This document shows positions 63,599-64,000 of a DNA stretch of 64,000 nucleotides, one piece after another. How positions within the stretch are numbered: position 1 is the stretch's first letter; each line of letters opens with the position of its first letter. This DNA comes from Marsupella aquatica. Lineage: Eukaryota; Plantae; Marchantiophyta. Location: positions 8,854,184 through 8,918,183 of the forward strand of contig OZ316895.1 in NCBI GenBank assembly GCA_973895155.1, given 5' to 3'. The notes beneath the pieces are model-generated. The model was not told the DNA's origin, did not search any database, and worked only from the letters and a program-made list of their open reading frames with translations. Made by a program: the position numbers and the translations under genes.

Positions 63599-64000
63599 GT
63601 TATGATCACTAACTTGGGCTGTCAGTGCACAGGCTTTCACACCTAAAATTGGTCTGTGCAAATGCATCAGTGCCCTTCATGAAAGGCCGCACTGGCTTTC
63701 GTACCAAAAAATGGTCTGTGCAGATGCATCGGCGCCCTCAGAAAATGACCAAATTGACGAATTTGATGATGTTGAGTTAACCCACGGGCAGATGTCTCAA
63801 CCCGAAAAACCCCATGAGATGTCTGCCTGAACGGTGGGTTGAGGGTGGATACAAATTTCCTCAAGCGGCTGACTAAAAAATGGGGAACAGCAGGTTTGAG
63901 ACCCCCTATTATTCAGGCTGGGAATGTTGTTACCTCTTGAAGGTAAATTTGCAGAAACCCAAGTGACTTCAAGTATCTTACACCTGCCTGTAAGGGTTGT

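Overview
Eukaryotic nuclear DNA from a land plant, probably a bryophyte (an inference from the gene set, GT-AG introns, TTTAGGG telo-boxes and TE types). The left half is gene-rich. It holds the first exon of NUP85 (running off the left edge), a 14-exon glucosidase II beta subunit gene ending in HDEL, mitochondrial GrpE, organellar FolD and ATG16. A single-exon JINGUBANG-like WD40 gene lies near the right end. Mobile DNA includes a 5'-truncated CRE-like non-LTR retrotransposon (RT plus restriction-like endonuclease), three tRNA-derived SINEs (two from one family), Copia/LTR remnants and a hAT-type MITE with an 8-bp TSD. The most unusual block is 42.2-56.6 kb. Three related Helitron units sit head-to-tail on the minus strand, with one exact CTAG|TC junction and one collapsed junction. 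Each unit carries an 18-19-bp minisatellite, which shows higher-order repeats in one unit. The autonomous-type unit's RepHel gene is split by a 3.6-kb TG...CA insertion with a 5-bp TSD. That insertion looks like a giant solo LTR yet contains a ~580-codon non-gag/pol ORF. Exon coordinates were derived by hand from splice signals and phase consistency; no database searches were run.
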